Shown in pieces: positions 33,013-37,075 of a stretch of 37,075 nucleotides of DNA. The position numbers were made by a program, and so were the translations under genes. Each line of letters begins with the position of its first letter. Within the stretch, counting starts at the first letter, position 1. Source of the DNA: a virus (lineage: Duplodnaviria > Caudoviricetes). The notes below the pieces were generated by a model. It saw nothing but the letters and a program-made list of their open reading frames with translations, searched no databases and was not told the DNA's origin. Location of the stretch: IMG/VR virus record IMGVR_UViG_3300037461_000730, positions 1-37,075 of that record; one strand, written 5' to 3'.

Positions 33013-33935
33013 GCGTAGATCCCCGGGTGCAGGAGGTTGATCGGGCCGCTCTCGTGAGTCTCGATGAACTGCTGGCTTCCAGTGTCGAACCAGAGCTTGC
33101 AGGTTTTCTCCCAGTCACCGTGGCGTTGCTTTGAGACAATCATCAGGGCGTCAGGGTCGGTCGGGTTGTACCCCTTCCCTGTGTCGTATGCGTCCTCCTT
33201 CACCTTGTTCCGCCAGACGGTGATCACGTTGTCGACCTGATCGGTGATCGATGCCGCGCCCCTGACGTCCATCTTTCCCGGCGGCGTCAGTTCATCCTTG
33301 CCCTTGCGTGAATGGCAGACCAGATGCACATGGATTCCAGTGTCCCGGGCCAGTGTGCAGAGCCTATCCACGAACCGCTTCTGCCCGTTGTAGTCGTCCT
33401 CGCCCATGCCGCACTTCAGCAGAGAATCAACCACGAAGTGGCTGCATCCGCGCTTGTCAGCGGCGTACCAGCCGACGGCAGCTATCTTCTCGGGATTGAC
33501 CATGCCCATCTGGTCATAGAGCCAGATCCGCTGGCCGGCGCAGTCATCGGCGAGGAAGGCGTCAACGAACTCGCGAGACGGACGGGAGGCGCCCTCGCCC
33601 TGACGCACCATCCGCTCGAGCGTTGCTTCTGGCAGCATTTCCATGGAGGCGACGCATACCCGCTCGTTCTGGGCGACGAACCCGAGAACCGCCTGACCCA
33701 GCAGGAGGGACTTCCCGTGACCGTTGAAGCCGGTCCAGATCGTCACCTCACCCTTCCGGAATCTGAGCTTGTCGGCCATCTTCTTGAATGGGAGCTTTGC
33801 GCCCTTCGGCGCTGCCGGATTGAACAGCCTGTCATTCAGCGAGTCGATGTACGACGATGCCGGCCTGACCCGGTGGTCGTGGTCGGTCATAGCGATGTAC
33901 GCGTTGAAGTCGATAACGTCGTCGGCAAAGATCAT
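33009..33935 (-). CDS. DnaB-like (SF4) replicative helicase
   Basis: Walker A G-x-NGHGKS, SMEM, VVDSL, HLVCH-x-RK, DVRG-x3-I-x-D-x2-DNV, KQRHG. Confidence 0.9.
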   Translation of the reverse strand: MIFADDVIDFNAYIAMTDHDHRVRPASSYIDSLNDRLFNPAAPKGAKLPFKKMADKLRFRKGEVTIWTGFNGHGKSLLLGQAVLGFVAQNERVCVASMEMLPEATLERMVRQGEGASRPSREFVDAFLADDCAGQRIWLYDQMGMVNPEKIAAVGWYAADKRGCSHFVVDSLLKCGMGEDDYNGQKRFVDRLCTLARDTGIHVHLVCHSRKGKDELTPPGKMDVRGAASITDQVDNVITVWRNKVKEDAYDTGKGYNPTDPDALMIVSKQRHGDWEKTCKLWFDTGSQQFIETHESGPINLLHPGIYA

Positions 33936-34273
33936 GGCTTTCTCCATTCGATTCCAAAGTCGTCGGCCCAGTCGATGACGACGAGGCAGACATAGGCCAC
34001 ATGCTTCTGTAGGGCCGTGAAAACAGCAGCAGCACGATCGTCGTACTTCTTGGTGTGCAGGAATACGTGCAGCCCTGCCAGCACCCGGAGGTCCAGATCC
34101 ACCAGCCTGTCGTACGACCTGATCACACCTTCCGGGTAGATCAGGAACTCCGGCGTCTTGAACCAGTCCGGCGCCTTCCACTCGTCGCCGAGGTTCAGTG
34201 ATACCCGGCGGCTGGGGAGCTTGCCGGCGGCACGGAAAGCCACCAGCGGGTCAAGTCCTGTCGGGGTTCTCAT
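33932..34273 (-). CDS. Hypothetical protein
   Basis: ATGA overlaps both sides; LDLR-x-L-x-GL-x-V motif. Confidence 0.6.
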   Translation of the reverse strand: MRTPTGLDPLVAFRAAGKLPSRRVSLNLGDEWKAPDWFKTPEFLIYPEGVIRSYDRLVDLDLRVLAGLHVFLHTKKYDDRAAAVFTALQKHVAYVCLVVIDWADDFGIEWRKP

Positions 34274-34992
34274 ATCGCCCCCGGGAACAGGTTGGCGGAG
34301 GCCTTTCGCAGGCAGGCCTTGCCGTCCTCTTTCCGCACCCATCCGCGCCACGTTGCCGACCAGTCCAGCTTAACCGCCACAGCGCCAGAGCGGGACGTCC
34401 AGTAGTCGCGGAAGTTGTCCGCCACCTTTGCCGGGTCCAGTTCTGGCCTCTCCTTCTGGCAGTATGCGGTGTCGTCATCGGACGGAGTCCAGTCGAGAGG
34501 AAGGCGCGTTCCACGCGACTTCGTTGCTGGCTTTTTTGCCTCTCTCTCTTTTTCTTCTTCTGCTTCTGCCTCTGCTTGTATCAACTCTCGTCTATCGACT
34601 TCTACTTTTTCTACTTTTTTCGCCTTTTCTTCGGCGCGGCGGCGCGCGGCGTAGCGACGCTTTGACTCAAGAATCGTCTCGTCGTCCTGCACGGCGCGGT
34701 GCTTTTCGTAGTTCAGCAGCACCCAGCCACCTTCGATGTCGTCGATCCGCCGGCCCTCGTTGTCCGGGGTGCGTGAGTAGCGATCTGGAGCCTTGAAAGT
34801 TGCCAGTGCCCGTTCGCAGTTCTCGATGCTGACCCGGGCGCGGTTGGCGAGGCCCGGGATGGATCCCCAGACGCGGCCCTTGCGGTCGGCCATGGCCAGC
34901 ATCGTGATCCACACGACCCGCGTCGAGTCGGGTTCGCACCAGATTGTTGACTCCGTGATGCTGCTGAAAAGCTTCGTGAATGTGATACTCAC
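34270..34992 (-). CDS. Phage replication initiator protein
   Basis: GTG start after AGGAG; FTKLFSSI-x2-STIW, ITMLAMAD, EAEAE linker, RGTRLP-x-DW, FRDYW...KLDW-x-ATWR-x-W; upstream of helicase. Confidence 0.75.
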   Translation of the reverse strand: MSITFTKLFSSITESTIWCEPDSTRVVWITMLAMADRKGRVWGSIPGLANRARVSIENCERALATFKAPDRYSRTPDNEGRRIDDIEGGWVLLNYEKHRAVQDDETILESKRRYAARRRAEEKAKKVEKVEVDRRELIQAEAEAEEEKEREAKKPATKSRGTRLPLDWTPSDDDTAYCQKERPELDPAKVADNFRDYWTSRSGAVAVKLDWSATWRGWVRKEDGKACLRKASANLFPGAI

Positions 34993-35131
34993 CTCGTTCT
35001 CCTGATGTCTAAAGTAGAAATGCAATTCTACGTTCCGTTCTACCAAAGTCAACATGGAACAGGTAAGGATTGCTTACCAGTTCGATGTCTGGAGTAAGCC
35101 GGGGGTGATGTAAAGAATTCTCTCATAGGTG

Positions 35132-35159
35132 TTGCGCAATCCTGCAATTGTGGTATCGT
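35132..35159 (+). promoter_or_regulatory. Putative promoter for the RNA/methyltransferase cassette
   Basis: TTGCGC-N16-TATCGT with extended -10 TG. Confidence 0.45.
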
Positions 35160-35190
35160 TCTTCCTCGCCGCCCGGAAGCGGAACAAGTA

Positions 35191-35270
35191 AGCCCAGAAA
35201 AGCCACCCCGCCGTAACTTGTTGCGGTCTTCCGGCCCCGAAAGGGGAGGGGTGGCTGCTCTGGGCTTTTT
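35191..35270 (+). ncRNA. Structured leader RNA resembling phage c4/CI antisense RNAs
   Basis: Closing stem AGCCCAGA..AGCCACCC / GGGTGGCT..TCTGGGCT + U tail; inner hairpins CCGC/GCGG and CCCC-GAAA-GGGG; unpaired ACTTGTT and CTTCCGG complementary to upstream AACAAGT and CCGGAAG. Confidence 0.6.
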
Positions 35271-35284
35271 CATTGGAGAAGCAA

Positions 35285-36394
35285 ATGTACGAGATTCACC
35301 CGATAGCAAATATTTTCCCGCGCATGCCAGAGTCCGAATTGGCGGCTCTCGCAGAAGATATCGGCAACAATGGACTGCTCGAACCGATATGGCTGTTCGA
35401 TGGCAAGATTCTCGACGGCAGGCACCGCTACAGCGCCTGCGAATCGGCTGGGGTTGAGCCTGAGTTCCGCCAGTACGAAGGCGACGACCCGCTCGGGTTC
35501 GTGATCTCGCTCAACCTGAAGCGCCGGCACCTGACTGAAAGCCAGCGGGCCATGGTGGCGAGTGAGTTGGCGAATATGGAAGTTGGTGACAACAAGGGGG
35601 CGCACCGCCCATCAGAAGGGTCTGCAAATTTGCATACCCTTCCCGGACAGGTCTCCCAGTCCGACGCCGCCACCCTCCTGCAAGTCTCTACGCGATTGGT
35701 GGCAACGGCCGCCAAGATCAACCGCGACGCCCCGGAAGAGGTTTCCGAGGCAGTCAAATCCGGCGAAGTGTCTCTGAACCTCGCCTCACAATTCATCGCG
35801 CTCACGGAAGAAGAGCAGCGCGTAGCACTCGACGCAATCACCGAAGAGTCAGAGCCAGCCAAGGAAGCAATCAAGGAGGCGGTCAGGAATCACAGGACTC
35901 TCGGGACTGGCGAAAACGAATGGTACACGCCCTCTGAGTACATCGAAATGGCAAGGCTGGTCATGGGCGGGATTGACTTAGACCCAGCCAGCAGCGAAGC
36001 GGCAAATGCCACTGTGAAGGCTTCGCGCATCTTCACCGCAGAAGACGACGGACTGACGAAAGACTGGTCGGGAAAGGTTTGGATGAATCCGCCATACAGC
36101 CGAGATTTGATGCCCGCTTTTGTCGAGAAGCTTTCACAGTCATTCATCGACGGAAGCATTGAAAGCGCCGTGATGCTTTCTCACAACAATACAGATACAA
36201 GGTGGTTTCACCGAGTATCAGAGGTCGCATTAGCAATCTGTTTCCCGAAGACAAGAATCAGGTTTTACCGTGGCGACGAAGTTGCCGCACCGACAAACGG
36301 GCAGGCGTTTTTCTATCTCGGAAACAATCCTGAGTTGTTTGCTGAAAAATTCTCTGAAATCGGGCTGGTCGTGACTCCATGGAAAAAGCGATGA
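35285..36394 (+). CDS. ParB-like N-terminal domain fused to DNA N6-adenine methyltransferase
   Basis: L-x-EDI-x2-NGL-x-EPI, ILDGRHRY, SLNL-x-RRHL; then EWYTP, IDLDPAS, VWMNPPYS, T-x-TRWF. Confidence 0.88.
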   Translation: MYEIHPIANIFPRMPESELAALAEDIGNNGLLEPIWLFDGKILDGRHRYSACESAGVEPEFRQYEGDDPLGFVISLNLKRRHLTESQRAMVASELANMEVGDNKGAHRPSEGSANLHTLPGQVSQSDAATLLQVSTRLVATAAKINRDAPEEVSEAVKSGEVSLNLASQFIALTEEEQRVALDAITEESEPAKEAIKEAVRNHRTLGTGENEWYTPSEYIEMARLVMGGIDLDPASSEAANATVKASRIFTAEDDGLTKDWSGKVWMNPPYSRDLMPAFVEKLSQSFIDGSIESAVMLSHNNTDTRWFHRVSEVALAICFPKTRIRFYRGDEVAAPTNGQAFFYLGNNPELFAEKFSEIGLVVTPWKKR

Positions 36395-36789
36395 TTCCAA
36401 AAACAGTTCTCTATCCAGATGCGTTTCTCCGGTCAAAAAGCGCCAACAATGACGGCGTTTTTGACTGGGAATGGACCTCTGGCTGCTTTGGAGAAACAAA
36501 AATAACGCCGATGGATATAGATGGGTTCGTTGAAAGAAACGGGCAATTTATCGTATTCGAAACGAAGGATAAAGGCGTCCAGGTGAAAGCTGGACAGCAG
36601 ATAGCACTAGAACAGCTTCACAAAATGGGTCGATTTACCATCGTCATCATTCACGGAAAACTATCGCCAGAAACCGCAGAAGTCTGGTATCCGAAAACAA
36701 AAGCGAAAAAACATTTCGTTGGCATTGATGAGATACGAAACCTCGTTTCTCGCTGGTATGCGTGGGCTGATAAGTCACTGCACGGCTAG
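36391..36789 (+). CDS. Putative PD-(D/E)XK nuclease-fold protein
   Basis: PMDIDG-x2-E-x-NG-x-F-x2-FETK...GQ-x3-LE-x-L; ATGA-coupled to the methyltransferase. Confidence 0.6.
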   Translation: MIPKTVLYPDAFLRSKSANNDGVFDWEWTSGCFGETKITPMDIDGFVERNGQFIVFETKDKGVQVKAGQQIALEQLHKMGRFTIVIIHGKLSPETAEVWYPKTKAKKHFVGIDEIRNLVSRWYAWADKSLHG

Positions 36790-36972
36790 GCGATTTGCTG
36801 ACGGCGGCGGGTCGAATGACTTTCCGACATCGACTATACCGTAACGGTCAAGGCACATCCGTATCCATAATTTGTTTTCTGTCTCATCATGCATTGCTGA
36901 TCCCAAAAGCATTACCTTTATGAGCGCACCCCGCTGTTCTGGCGTCAGTCTTTCGTTTTCTCTCTTCGCCAT
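36775..36972 (-). CDS. Hypothetical protein (MAKRENER...)
   Basis: 65-aa ORF convergent with the cassette, in the main transcription direction. Confidence 0.4.
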   Translation of the reverse strand: MAKRENERLTPEQRGALIKVMLLGSAMHDETENKLWIRMCLDRYGIVDVGKSFDPPPSANRLAVQ

Positions 36973-37075
36973 TTTCTTTCCGTGTTGAATAAAGGAAAAA
37001 GCCATGGCACAATGACCACGCCTCTCTCCTGTGGCACTCGGCCCCCTTCGCCAAGACTTCGGTTGCGTTGGGGGC

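Noticed and set aside
30546-35055. ORF-track long starts for ninG (31580), helicase (34181) and initiator (35055)
   Set aside because: The ninG and helicase extensions overlap other credible genes; downstream starts with RBS or stop-start overlaps fit better in all three cases
37039-37075. GCCCCC...GGGGGC hairpin at the right edge
   Set aside because: Truncated by the window boundary; cannot be interpreted
1-37075. Integrase, repressor or att site implying a prophage
   Set aside because: None recognised; nin/ERF genes suggest temperate-phage ancestry but lifestyle cannot be determined from this window

Overview
Most of the genome of a GC-rich, short-tailed (podovirus-type) dsDNA phage, probably of a proteobacterial host. 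On the + strand at the left end is a recombination module (ERF, YqaJ exonuclease, SSB). A long - strand arm runs right to left: replication initiator, DnaB-like helicase, NinB, NinG, TerS, TerL, portal, an accessory insert, scaffold, major capsid, tail, fibre and DNA-ejection genes. A + strand ParB-methyltransferase/nuclease cassette sits near the right end. The late operon carries three different HNH homing-endonuclease elements. (1) A 239-aa intein in TerL (26930-27646) whose HNH endonuclease is not part of the intein protein but is overprinted in a different reading frame of the same DNA. (2) An 883-nt group I intron (18520-19402) splitting the major capsid gene, with an HNH ORF and an unexpectedly stop-free second frame. 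(3) A free-standing antisense HNH gene next to an apparently recoded gene start. Other items include a c4/CI-like structured RNA upstream of the methyltransferase, a pair of near-identical promoters, and an 811-aa polyvalent-type protein between portal and scaffold. No integrase, repressor, endolysin, tRNA, CRISPR array or reverse transcriptase was recognised. All calls rest on motif recognition by eye, with no database searches.
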